DNA from: a virus
Lineage: Duplodnaviria; Caudoviricetes
Virus record (IMG/VR): IMGVR_UViG_3300016669_000015
Coordinates: 1-43,817 of that record
Strand: one strand, 5' to 3'
DNA length: 43,817 bases
The notes beneath the pieces were generated by a model, which did no database searches, was not told where the DNA came from, and saw only the letters and a list, made by a program, of their open reading frames with translations. Shown piece after piece: positions 34,919 to 43,031 of the stretch. Position numbers and translations under genes: made by a program. Within the stretch, counting starts at the first letter, position 1. Every line of letters begins with the position of its first letter.

Positions 34919-35856
34919 GGGTTCAGGGCCTTCCGGCGCGCGGCCTCGTAGGCATCCATTCGCTTCTGGTATTCGGCATAGCTTTCGTCCGTGCCCTTAG
35001 GGTCGTTGCCCTGCGGCTTGCGGATTTGGATCGGCGCGGCGACCGGCTTGCCGTACGCTTGCGCTGCCGGTGGCGGGTTGAGCAAGTCCTCGACGATGCG
35101 AACGAGGTAGTTCGGTGGGATCCTGGCGTCCGGGCCCTTCTGCTCGCGCGCCGTGGCGACTGCGGCGTGCAGCACCGCCATCGGCACCTTCCGGGTCGAC
35201 CAGTCCTGAACGGTCGGGTGCGTGAACGTCGCGTTGACGCCCAGCTTGCGCAGGGCCACCGACAAGACGACCGCAGGGTCAGTGCTTTCCGGCAGGTCTT
35301 CGCGAGGCGGCATTGCGGCGGCTCGTGGGTTGTCGGGTTCGGCATGGTCAAGATCGACGACGACGACACCGGCGCCAGCCGCAGCGCTCGCGCTGTTGTC
35401 GTGGTTCTCTTCTTCTCTTCTCTTCTCTTCTCTAGGCGTGACTTGGTGTGACATGGCGTGACTTGACGTGACGCCAGCACCAGAACCACTATTTGCTTTG
35501 TCACGCTCTCGTTGTTCACGCTTGCGTTCAGCCGCCGTCGGGTCAGTGCGCTCGCGCTTTGGCTGACGCTCTTCCCATCGAGTGACGCGATCACCGTTGA
35601 TCAGTGCGCGGCCCTGCATCGCTTCCAGGATGCGCGCGGTGGTGCCGTCGTCGGCGCCGAGCAGGAAGTCGGTTGCCTCGCAGTCGATCGTGCCGAACAG
35701 GCCGCGCTCAGTGTTCGCGCTGGCCTGCTCGAGGATCAGTGCCCACACGGCGATCACCTCACCGACGCGCGCAGCAGCCTTCCGAGCCACCAAGCCGAAC
35801 TTTGGATCGTTCACGCTGCCGTGGTGCCAGCGGAACCAGTCGATACCGTTTGCCAT
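34915..35856 (-). CDS. Replication initiator (O-like)
   Basis: WFRWHHG..NDPKF N-terminus, W.ERQPKRE, REEKRREE linker, NYL..I C-terminal domain; internal iterons. Confidence 0.75.
   Translation of the reverse strand: MANGIDWFRWHHGSVNDPKFGLVARKAAARVGEVIAVWALILEQASANTERGLFGTIDCEATDFLLGADDGTTARILEAMQGRALINGDRVTRWEERQPKRERTDPTAAERKREQRERDKANSGSGAGVTSSHAMSHQVTPREEKRREEENHDNSASAAAGAGVVVVDLDHAEPDNPRAAAMPPREDLPESTDPAVVLSVALRKLGVNATFTHPTVQDWSTRKVPMAVLHAAVATAREQKGPDARIPPNYLVRIVEDLLNPPPAAQAYGKPVAAPIQIRKPQGNDPKGTDESYAEYQKRMDAYEAARRKALNP
35406..35475. repeat. Putative replication origin: four 10-bp iterons plus a TCTTC tract
   Basis: GCGTGACTTG/GTGTGACATG/GCGTGACTTG/ACGTGACGCC at 35436-35475 next to a pyrimidine tract at 35406-35433. 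Confidence 0.6.
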
Positions 35857-36137
35857 CAGATGCTCTCCTTGAGCAGCGGGAGCTGGCGCGGGTCGCTTTT
35901 ATCCTCGATGTAGACGATCGAGCCACCTGCAGGCCATGGATCGTCACAGTCGGCGCCGCCGCGCTCGACAGACAGCTCGGACGCACGACGGCACACGGGC
36001 GTGGCATGGCCGATAAACAAGCAGCCCTCGCAGTCGGCATAAACCGGTGCCTTGGCGGGTTTGAAGCGCATGTTGTCCGGATCGAGTGGCTCGGCGAGGT
36101 CGCCCACCCACTTGTCGCTGAGGATGTTGGTCGTCAT
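35856..36137 (-). CDS. Hypothetical Cys-rich protein
   Basis: CEGCLF...C...C; coupled to neighbours at both ends. Confidence 0.65.
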   Translation of the reverse strand: MTTNILSDKWVGDLAEPLDPDNMRFKPAKAPVYADCEGCLFIGHATPVCRRASELSVERGGADCDDPWPAGGSIVYIEDKSDPRQLPLLKESI

Positions 36138-36613
36138 GCAGCCACCATCGCAACGATGCAGCCGGCATGGTGCCCGGCGCCCTGCTCCACGTGGCAGCGG
36201 GTGCAGCACGGTGCGCTCTGCTGCAAGGCGCGGCGCTCGGCCACCGGTGCGCCGAACAGCGCGGCGACGAGCGGGTCGCGGCGGTCGATGGTCGGATAAG
36301 CGGAACTCAAGATGACGCGGCGCTCATCGGTGGCGCGGCGGCGCGGCAGGTCCTTTGGGTCATACGAGGCTTGATTCCCCGGCCCCGGGCCCAGCTGCCA
36401 GTCGTTGACGAAGCCGCCGCGCTTGGAGTCGTCAACCCGCCCCGCGTGGATCAAGCCCAGGGTGCGCAGGTAGTCCAGGCGCGTCGAGACTTGATCCGAC
36501 TTCAGGTTCAGGTGCTGGGCAATCTCGGCGGTGCGATGTAGGCCGGCACCGATGCAGTCGAGGATGGCGTTGCGCAGTTCTACGCTGCCGCGTTTTGGGA
36601 TGAAGGTGATCAT
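36134..36613 (-). CDS. Winged-helix DNA-binding hypothetical protein
   Basis: TAEIAQHLNL..DQVSTRLDYLRTLGLI; RRDPLVAALFG. Confidence 0.65.
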   Translation of the reverse strand: MITFIPKRGSVELRNAILDCIGAGLHRTAEIAQHLNLKSDQVSTRLDYLRTLGLIHAGRVDDSKRGGFVNDWQLGPGPGNQASYDPKDLPRRRATDERRVILSSAYPTIDRRDPLVAALFGAPVAERRALQQSAPCCTRCHVEQGAGHHAGCIVAMVAA

Positions 36614-37050
36614 TTTTCGGCCATCCCATTCAGGCGCGCCAGCAGCTCCATCATCGGGCGGATCGAAACGAAGATCGCCCTCTCGATGTGGCGCACCTCG
36701 TCGCTGTCAATGCGGCCGTCGGCCAGCGCGGTGTGCACCTGGGTACCGACTTGGCCGAGGCTCTGCCAGATGTCCGTGACCGATTCCAGCACCGCCATGT
36801 CGCTCGCCGGCTGCGCGTCGATCTTCGTGCACACGAAGCCGTGCTGGCGCGCCAGTGCGTGCAGCACCTCGTAATCGGCAGTCAGCTCCATCACCCGCGA
36901 TGCGTCATCCATCGTCAGCACGTTCGTAGTGCTGTTCGGGTTGGCCTTGTTGCGCAGCAGGCCAGCCGTGTAGCTCATGCGTACGGCCAGCGCCTCACAG
37001 CCGCCAGGGGCGTCGTGTACGGTCTTGTAGAAGGCGTCTTTGTAGTTCAT
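36610..37050 (-). CDS. Phage regulatory CII-family protein
   Basis: PGGCEALAVRM...LRNKANPN...ALADGRID..E; CAGGA RBS before MNYKD. Confidence 0.8.
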   Translation of the reverse strand: MNYKDAFYKTVHDAPGGCEALAVRMSYTAGLLRNKANPNSTTNVLTMDDASRVMELTADYEVLHALARQHGFVCTKIDAQPASDMAVLESVTDIWQSLGQVGTQVHTALADGRIDSDEVRHIERAIFVSIRPMMELLARLNGMAEK

Positions 37051-37122
37051 GTGATGTTCCTGCAAACAAATGGTGCGTGGAAAGTTTTGAGGCACGACAA
37101 TGCAGTTATGGAAACTTCAATC

Positions 37123-37335
37123 TCACTTACGATTAGCGCGACGGCGCTTGCCCCCCGCACCCGCCGGGAAGGCGTCGGGGCGTACGGCCTCCAGATACTT
37201 ACGCTGCGCGCGCGGGATGCCGTTCGTAAGCCACTGGGAGACAGCGCTCGGGGTGACTTCGCAGAGCAGCGCGGTCTTGGCGTTGCCGCCCAGTTGCTCG
37301 ATCACGTGGCGGGCTTCGTCGGTGGAAGTGGTCAT
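37123..37335 (-). CDS. cro: Cro-like repressor
   Basis: IEQLGG..KTA.LCEVTPSAVSQWLTNGIP; divergent from cI. Confidence 0.85.
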   Translation of the reverse strand: MTTSTDEARHVIEQLGGNAKTALLCEVTPSAVSQWLTNGIPRAQRKYLEAVRPDAFPAGAGGKRRRANRK

Positions 37336-37369
37336 GTTCAAGATTCCAAAAGGTTAGGTTCGTGGGACG

Positions 37370-37434
37370 AGTATAGAACTCTAAACCACGCCGAGTCAAG
37401 CACGCTAAACTTGTTAAAGTTTAGAATCCTTAAC
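37370..37434. promoter_or_regulatory. OR region: three 16-bp operators, PR (minus) and PRM -10 (plus)
   Basis: GTATAGAACTCTAAAC (37371), GTCAAGCACGCTAAAC (37395), GTTTAGAATCCTTAAC (37419) at 24-bp period; PR TTGACT-N18-TATACT; TAGAAT 7 bp before the cI ATG. Confidence 0.85.
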
Positions 37435-38145
37435 ATGAAACTTTTGTCAGAACGACTCGATCACATCTATGAACTGCGACCTGATCTCGAGGGCGATCGT
37501 GGGCAGACCGGTCTCGTGAAGGCATCGGGTGCGTCTAAGAGTGTCGTGAATCAATGGCTTGCGGGAAAGATTAAGTCGATAGATATCCGCTACGCACTGA
37601 ACATCGAGCAAGCGCTTGGTATTTCGCACATCTGGCTGATGACGGGCGACGGTGACCCGCTCGACGCGCCGATGCGCGCCGTCAAAAACCTAACACCTGT
37701 ACGGGCTGCCGCCGGCGATGACCACGAATTCGTCAAGATCCCGCTGGTGAAGCTAAAGCTATCGGCCGGCATTACCGGGTTCGCGACTGAACCCGAGCGC
37801 CGCGACGGCGGGACGATCGGCATGCGCAGTTCTTGGGTCGAGCGGCACAGGTACAACCCGGAATATCTCTACGCTATTACCGTCTGCGGAGACAGTATGG
37901 AAACGACGCTGCACGACGGCGACATTGTGGTCATCAACGTGGCAGATAAGCAGTTGGTCGATGGGGCGGTCTACGCGTTCAACTACGAGGGCGAGGCAGT
38001 CGTGAAGCGCTTGTCGCGCGACGCGGGGCAGTGGTGGTTGACCTCCGACAACTCAGATCAGCGGAGGTACCATCGGAAGTTGTGCAATAACGGCGATTGC
38101 TTGGTGATCGGCAAGGTTGTGCGCAAGGAAAGTGACCAGATTTGA
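37435..38145 (+). CDS. cI: CI repressor (HTH plus S24 autopeptidase)
   Basis: HTH SKSVVNQWLAG, cleavage site LSAG, catalytic GDSM and VKRL. Confidence 0.94.
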   Translation: MKLLSERLDHIYELRPDLEGDRGQTGLVKASGASKSVVNQWLAGKIKSIDIRYALNIEQALGISHIWLMTGDGDPLDAPMRAVKNLTPVRAAAGDDHEFVKIPLVKLKLSAGITGFATEPERRDGGTIGMRSSWVERHRYNPEYLYAITVCGDSMETTLHDGDIVVINVADKQLVDGAVYAFNYEGEAVVKRLSRDAGQWWLTSDNSDQRRYHRKLCNNGDCLVIGKVVRKESDQI

Positions 38146-38178
38146 CAACATTCTGTGAGTATTCCTGGGATAGCAACT

Positions 38179-38187
38179 TGCTATACT
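38179..38187 (+). promoter_or_regulatory. Putative extended -10 promoter for the PIN pair
   Basis: TGCTATACT in the gap after cI. Confidence 0.5.
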
Positions 38188-38287
38188 TGCGGAATTCTAG
38201 GTTCTCACGCAACGCACTCCGAACGAGATTTGTGTAACACCGCGCGACTTGCGCGCGGACGCCTGCGACAATAGCGACAGGTGCAAA

Positions 38288-39019
38288 ATGGAAAAGAACT
38301 CTCTCACATTCTCAATTAGCAGCCTGACTCCGGATACACTTTCGATGGCGAGGCTAGCTGAATATCTCAAAGAGCTATCTGTTCTTTACGGGAGCCAGCC
38401 GCATGTCCATTTCGAGAGCGTTACAGAAGGCAGCGCCTGTCTGAAAGTTCGCATCGAAGACGAGGCGATGCCGCACGTCGATGCTCGCCTTAGCTTGGTT
38501 AAAGATGGCTCGGCCGCGACCGATGCGACTAAAGCCTACGCCGCATTAGATCGCTTGCTTAGGGCTGACAATTCCTCGGCAAGCATTTACATTGAGAAGG
38601 GCAGAAATATCCTTGTCTTTGCCGGTTGCAGCCAGCCGTTACCCGACACGATTTCAGTTACACAGCAGACGACCATAGATGGCGTGGTGATCAAGATTGG
38701 CGGCAGGGATGACACAATTCCAGTTCTTATACGCGACCCGGAGGGTAAAAACATCCGCTGTGTAGTGCGCGGCTATGCGCAGGCAAAAGAACTTGCTAAG
38801 TACTACCTTGATGCCCCGCTCCGGCTACACGGCTTGGGGAAGTGGGTACGTGACGACGAGGGTTGGAATTTGGAACAACTAACAATTCAGTCTTGGGTTG
38901 TGCTGGATCAGACGCCGGCCGCTCAAGTACTAGCCCAGTTTGCTCATGTCGAAAATAATCTGTGGGGTAGTTATGATGACCCACTTGATGAGTGGAAGAA
39001 GATGCGAGGGCTAGATTGA
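38288..39019 (+). CDS. Hypothetical protein, partner of the PIN gene
   Basis: TPDTLSMARLAEYL...VHF..VTEGSA; C-terminal beta region; TTGA overlap with the next gene. Confidence 0.8.
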   Translation: MEKNSLTFSISSLTPDTLSMARLAEYLKELSVLYGSQPHVHFESVTEGSACLKVRIEDEAMPHVDARLSLVKDGSAATDATKAYAALDRLLRADNSSASIYIEKGRNILVFAGCSQPLPDTISVTQQTTIDGVVIKIGGRDDTIPVLIRDPEGKNIRCVVRGYAQAKELAKYYLDAPLRLHGLGKWVRDDEGWNLEQLTIQSWVVLDQTPAAQVLAQFAHVENNLWGSYDDPLDEWKKMRGLD

Positions 39020-39525
39020 TTTTCCTCGACGCTAATTTTTTAATTAAGCTCTCGTCACGAAACCCAGATTCCGTGTGGCTTGGCTCATTTTTTAAATTTA
39101 TAAGTGAGCAACGCCGCGGCGAAGCCATAGGAATCCCCGCTCCGTCTTGGGGCGAGGTGCTTGCAGTCGCCGGGCCGGCTACGTCGGCTTTATCTCGAGT
39201 TGTCCAGGCTCGTTCATCTGTGCAAGTAATCCCTTTCGATGAGATTGCTGCCATTGAGTCAGGCTTTATTCATCAAAAGATTCTAGCGCTTTCCGGCAGT
39301 AAGAAAGGTCTATCAAACGAGCCTTGGCAGCGCATTAAGATCGATCGACAAATTCTAGCGGTCGCTGCCGCCCGTCGCGCGTCTGCCATTTTTACAGATG
39401 ACGATGGTCTCCGGGCTGACGCCGCTCTGATTGGCATTCAAACAATCGGGATATGCGATGTTCCCGTCTATCCCTCCCAGCTTTTGCTACTCCCCGAAGA
39501 CGAGTCGGACTTACGGCTTACGTAG
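39016..39525 (+). CDS. PIN-domain ribonuclease-like protein
   Basis: IFLDANFLI, WGEVL, IPFD..AA, DRQILAVA, IFTDD supply the PIN acidic residues. Confidence 0.8.
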   Translation: MIFLDANFLIKLSSRNPDSVWLGSFFKFISEQRRGEAIGIPAPSWGEVLAVAGPATSALSRVVQARSSVQVIPFDEIAAIESGFIHQKILALSGSKKGLSNEPWQRIKIDRQILAVAAARRASAIFTDDDGLRADAALIGIQTIGICDVPVYPSQLLLLPEDESDLRLT

Positions 39526-39544
39526 CGCGAACATTCCTACTTTA

Positions 39545-39568
39545 GGCCCCGCTTGACGGGGCTTTTTT
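39545..39568 (+). terminator. Terminator of the immunity operon
   Basis: GCCCCG-CTTGA-CGGGGC-TTTTTT. Confidence 0.85.
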
Positions 39569-39641
39569 ACACCCATCCGTCAGGTGTCCCCGACTGCTTC
39601 GGTTCAAGTCCACACCAAGCGGCTATTTTTTTGCAACTGAA

Positions 39642-39682
39642 GTTTAGAATACTTGACTACAGAACGTTTAGAGTTCTATACT
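39642..39682 (+). promoter_or_regulatory. OL region: two operators and PL
   Basis: GTTTAGAATACTTGAC (39642) and GTTTAGAGTTCTATAC (39666, exact reverse complement of 37371); TTGACT-N18-TATACT. Confidence 0.85.
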
Positions 39683-39722
39683 ATATCCAGTCCTCGCTAT
39701 ATCCGTTCAGCGGCATGTAGTG

Positions 39723-39849
39723 ACCACACAGCGCGGCTTGGGAAGTACTCGACCAACCATCAGTAATTCAAGGGACCGAGTCGCGCTGTGTGGTAGCTGG
39801 CAGGAATCAAGCGTTCTGCGTCGCTTCTAGATTTAGGAGGCCTGGCAGC
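39723..39849 (+). ncRNA. Structured PL leader with two tandem hairpins
   Basis: 19-bp stem 39723-39741/39776-39794 with two G-U pairs; second stem GCTGGCAGG/CCTGGCAGC 39796-39849. Confidence 0.5.
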
Positions 39850-39896
39850 CGCCACACCAACCAACAGCCGCGCGCGGCGAAAACTGGAGAAACGAG

Positions 39897-40301
39897 ATGG
39901 GCACACGTGCAGATTTCTATGTAGGCCAAGGCAAGGATGCCGAGTGGATCGGCAGCATCAGTTGGGACGGCTATCCCGATGCCATCGCCGACGAGGTGCT
40001 GCAGGCGGTAGACGCGGACTCGTTCCGCGCCGCAGTGGCGTCGTTCTTCAGCAGCCGCACCGACGTGACGCTGCCTGAGCAAGGCTGGCCGTGGCCATGG
40101 AACGACAGCGGCACCACCGACTACTCGTACTGGCACTTCGACGGCAAGACCATGGGCAGCAGCTTTGGCCGCGCCCTCTTCCCGTGTGACGAGGAGCCGG
40201 AAGAGCATGGCAACTTCAAGTCCCTCGTGATGCCCGATATGACCGATCGCAAGAACGTCGCAATGGGCAACCGCTCCGGCCTGGTCGTCATCGGCGCGTA
40301 G
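39897..40301 (+). CDS. Hypothetical early protein (MGTRADFY...WDGYP...GWPWPW)
   Basis: GGAG RBS; first PL gene. Confidence 0.8.
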   Translation: MGTRADFYVGQGKDAEWIGSISWDGYPDAIADEVLQAVDADSFRAAVASFFSSRTDVTLPEQGWPWPWNDSGTTDYSYWHFDGKTMGSSFGRALFPCDEEPEEHGNFKSLVMPDMTDRKNVAMGNRSGLVVIGA

Positions 40302-40346
40302 CAAACCGAACCCGGCCGGCGCCGGCGCAATCGAAAGGAAACGGGC

Positions 40347-40835
40347 ATGACCCAGCAGTACGACACCGAGTACCTGAACCAGGCGATCGACGAAGAGATC
40401 GTGCTGGCCAAGCTCGACCGGAACCAGCGCGGCAAGAAGCCAGCGACCATCTGGCGCGACGTGCCAGTGCACCAGGTCGCTCCACGCGGCGCGCCGCTGG
40501 GCATGTATGGCGGCCTGCACAGCGCCGACCTGCCGCGCTACCGCCGCAACCCGCGCGACGCCGGCGAGCTGTGCGTGAAACGCGGCCTGAACGTGACGCA
40601 CGACCACGACGAGCATTGCGTATCGGCGTCGTACGGTAGCAGCCGGCGCGCCGTGACCGAGTACTACGGCATGCACCCGGACGTCGCAGCGGCCACGATG
40701 GCGGCGATCACCCGGGCTGCAATCCAGATGCTGACCGAACAGCGCGACGAAGCTGCCGCGCTCAACCCTACCCGCTCGAAGATGAGCCGCCGGCCCGGCG
40801 CCAGGGCAACCCACAAACCGAAAGGCAATCCATGA
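40347..40835 (+). CDS. Hypothetical early protein, weakly NinX/ABA-sandwich-like
   Basis: AAAGGA RBS; PRY..NP.DA.EL and AAITRAAI pattern. Confidence 0.6.
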   Translation: MTQQYDTEYLNQAIDEEIVLAKLDRNQRGKKPATIWRDVPVHQVAPRGAPLGMYGGLHSADLPRYRRNPRDAGELCVKRGLNVTHDHDEHCVSASYGSSRRAVTEYYGMHPDVAAATMAAITRAAIQMLTEQRDEAAALNPTRSKMSRRPGARATHKPKGNP

Positions 40836-41002
40836 GCTTCAAGAAAAACCAACCTGTCCTGGCATCCACGATCCGTGGCGTCGCGCGCGCCGGCACGTTC
40901 ATCAGCCTTCACTCGACCACCAAGGGCGACTGGGCTGAGATCAAGCCGGCCGACGGCACGCCGAACTTCAAGACCCGCCCCTCTCTGGTGAAGCCGGCCT
41001 GA
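40832..41002 (+). CDS. Small hypothetical protein, 56 aa (not in track)
   Basis: GAAAGG RBS, ATGA overlap; MSFKKNQPV...KTRPSLVKPA. Confidence 0.7.
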   Translation: MSFKKNQPVLASTIRGVARAGTFISLHSTTKGDWAEIKPADGTPNFKTRPSLVKPA

Positions 41003-41080
41003 CGCCGACAGCGCCCAGCAGCACCCATTGCCCGGCTCGACCGGGCTTTGGCGATAAAACCATCAGCCCAGGAGACTTCC

Positions 41081-41212
41081 ATGACCTTCCGCATCACCGC
41101 CTGCACCAGCGCCGGCAGCACCACCTACACCGCCATCGGCGACCGTGATGCGCTGATCGATGCAGCGTATGACGACGGCGCCCTGGGCGTCACCGTGATG
41201 GCTCAGGGCTGA
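41081..41212 (+). CDS. Small hypothetical protein, 43 aa (not in track)
   Basis: AGGAG RBS; MTFRITACT...YTAIGDRDALIDAAYDDGALGVTV. Confidence 0.7.
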   Translation: MTFRITACTSAGSTTYTAIGDRDALIDAAYDDGALGVTVMAQG

Positions 41213-41214
41213 CC

Positions 41215-41388
41215 ATGGCCACGAAGAAGCGCACCCGCGCCCTCACCGCCGATGAGCTGGGCCTGACGCCGGCCGACCGCGCGGCCATCCGGCAATCGCG
41301 CGCCAACTCGCAGTCCAGCCGCTACCAGCGCGAGGTGGCGATCGAAAAAGCTCACGCCGCAGCGCGGCCACAGGAACCGACCAAATGA
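41215..41388 (+). CDS. Small basic hypothetical protein, 57 aa (not in track)
   Basis: Fills the gap exactly; ATGA overlap with the next gene. Confidence 0.55.
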   Translation: MATKKRTRALTADELGLTPADRAAIRQSRANSQSSRYQREVAIEKAHAAARPQEPTK

Positions 41389-41699
41389 CCATGACCGACA
41401 CCACGCAAGAATCGGCGCCGCTCGCACCGGCCGGCGTGATCTACCAGTACCGGGCGCTGTCCTGGTGCGATCGCCGCTGGCGCGACATCGAGTCGATGGA
41501 CGAGCTGAACCTGCTCGAGGGATGCCCGGACATCTACGTGGTGCGTGCGCTGTCCCTCGTGCCGATCGATGACCTGCTGCGCGCGCCGGCTGCAACCGTG
41601 AGCGCGGCGGTCGCCGCCATCGCCCAGGCACGCCGCGACCGCGACGTCGTCGCCAGCCAGCTGCGCCGCGCGCTGGCCGCGCTGGAAGGCATGCCATGA
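41385..41699 (+). CDS. Hypothetical early protein
   Basis: CAGGA RBS; coupled at both ends. Confidence 0.7.
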   Translation: MTMTDTTQESAPLAPAGVIYQYRALSWCDRRWRDIESMDELNLLEGCPDIYVVRALSLVPIDDLLRAPAATVSAAVAAIAQARRDRDVVASQLRRALAALEGMP

Positions 41700-41797
41700 A
41701 CGAGCACCGCCTGCGGGCCATCAAGTGGAAGTGCGCAGTGGTGGTCGCGTATTGCGCCGCGTGCGCATCGGCGATCGCCCACGGGTGGCCGCTGTGA
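41696..41797 (+). CDS. Small hydrophobic peptide, 33 aa (not in track)
   Basis: ATGA and GTGA overlaps; KWKCAVVVAYCAACASAIAHGW. Confidence 0.5.
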   Translation: MNEHRLRAIKWKCAVVVAYCAACASAIAHGWPL

Positions 41798-41982
41798 CCG
41801 TGACCTTCGAAGAATTGCGCATCACCTACCAGAGCGACGAGCAGATGGCGCGCGACCTGTTCCGCCAGCTGGCCGTCGCACAAGCAGCACACATGCTCGA
41901 GCAACCACACAGCGTACGGGCCGAAAACAAACTGGCGAAGGCAGCACCGCGCCGCGCCTACCGAGATCGAGAGGAAGACTGA
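41794..41982 (+). CDS. Small hypothetical protein
   Basis: GTG start overlapping the previous stop; TFEELRITYQSDEQMAR. Confidence 0.55.
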   Translation: MTVTFEELRITYQSDEQMARDLFRQLAVAQAAHMLEQPHSVRAENKLAKAAPRRAYRDREED

Positions 41983-43031
41983 TGGAACACGCACTCCCCC
42001 GCACCTGGTCGCTTTGCATGACCAGCGAGAACCACGGCACCGTCGGCCCGGCCGGCTGCAAGTTCACCCACGCACCGGATAAGCACGAGCGCGTGCAAGT
42101 CATCGAGATCGTTGCCGCTGGATCGCCGCCAGCGCCGGGTGTTGATCTGTCCGGCCTGATGCGCTTCGGCTTTTGCGACATCAATGACGACGAATTCCTT
42201 GAGCGCCCGGATGGCGCGTACTTTCTCGCGCACCAGGTGGAAGAGCGCATCACCAGAGCCCCGGCGGCGAAGCCTGTCGGCGAGTTCAAAGGCTACGTCG
42301 ACGGGCAGCCAGCAGTGACCTGGTTCGATCGCGACAACATGCCGCGCGTCGGCACGAAGCTGTTCGCAGGCAATGACGCTGGGGAAGTCGAGATGGATGC
42401 AGGTTTCCTGCAATGGATCCATGACCGGATGCGCTTCGTGCATAGCGAAAACGAAAACGTCGACTACATGCACAAGCTGCGTGCCATTATCGCGTCAGTG
42501 CCGAACAGCAGGAAGACGCCGAACGTGGCCAGTGCCGCCGCCCCTTCTGCACCTATCGGAACAAGCGTCGATACGCCGGCGCTCAACTCACTGTTGGCGA
42601 CGTTCACCATTGTCGACCAAAGCCCGGATGCCTCGGTCGAGCAATACGAAAAAGCGCGCGCTGCCCTCATTGCACACATCGACCAGCATGTCGCAAGCCA
42701 GGTCCGGGCGGCACGAGCCGGTCAGGTAGCGGTGCCGAAAGGGTTTGTGCTGATTCCCGAAGACGCACAGACAGCACTGATTGTGGCCATTGAACGCGAG
42801 GTTGAATCGCAGCTGGATGCGAGTGGTATTTCGCGCGCCGACATGTGTCGCCTCGACGGCGCGGAAATCTTCGACGCGCTCGTCGACGCTGCCATGCAGG
42901 CATCTACACCAGGCGAGCCGAAATGCACCTGCCCGAGCGGCGACGGCAGCCTGCGCTGGCCCTGCGATGTGCACCCGCCAGCGGCCCAGGCATCTACATC
43001 AGGCGAGCGCCAGGAAGGCGGTGCGGCGTGA
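41982..43031 (+). CDS. Mosaic early protein (Ea22/Ead-type region)
   Basis: GAGG RBS; short modules including FLQWIHDRM..VH.EN..VDYMHKLRAII and CTCPSGDGSLRWPC..HP. Confidence 0.7.
   Translation: MEHALPRTWSLCMTSENHGTVGPAGCKFTHAPDKHERVQVIEIVAAGSPPAPGVDLSGLMRFGFCDINDDEFLERPDGAYFLAHQVEERITRAPAAKPVGEFKGYVDGQPAVTWFDRDNMPRVGTKLFAGNDAGEVEMDAGFLQWIHDRMRFVHSENENVDYMHKLRAIIASVPNSRKTPNVASAAAPSAPIGTSVDTPALNSLLATFTIVDQSPDASVEQYEKARAALIAHIDQHVASQVRAARAGQVAVPKGFVLIPEDAQTALIVAIEREVESQLDASGISRADMCRLDGAEIFDALVDAAMQASTPGEPKCTCPSGDGSLRWPCDVHPPAAQASTSGERQEGGAA

Noticed and set aside
35406-35433. TCTTC tract as a phase-variable repeat
   Set aside because: It encodes the REEKRREE linker typical of phage initiators, and the frame is intact
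36688-38145. Apparent 485-aa CI with a long N-terminal extension
   Set aside because: The extension runs antisense through cII, cro and OR; the real start is ATG 37435
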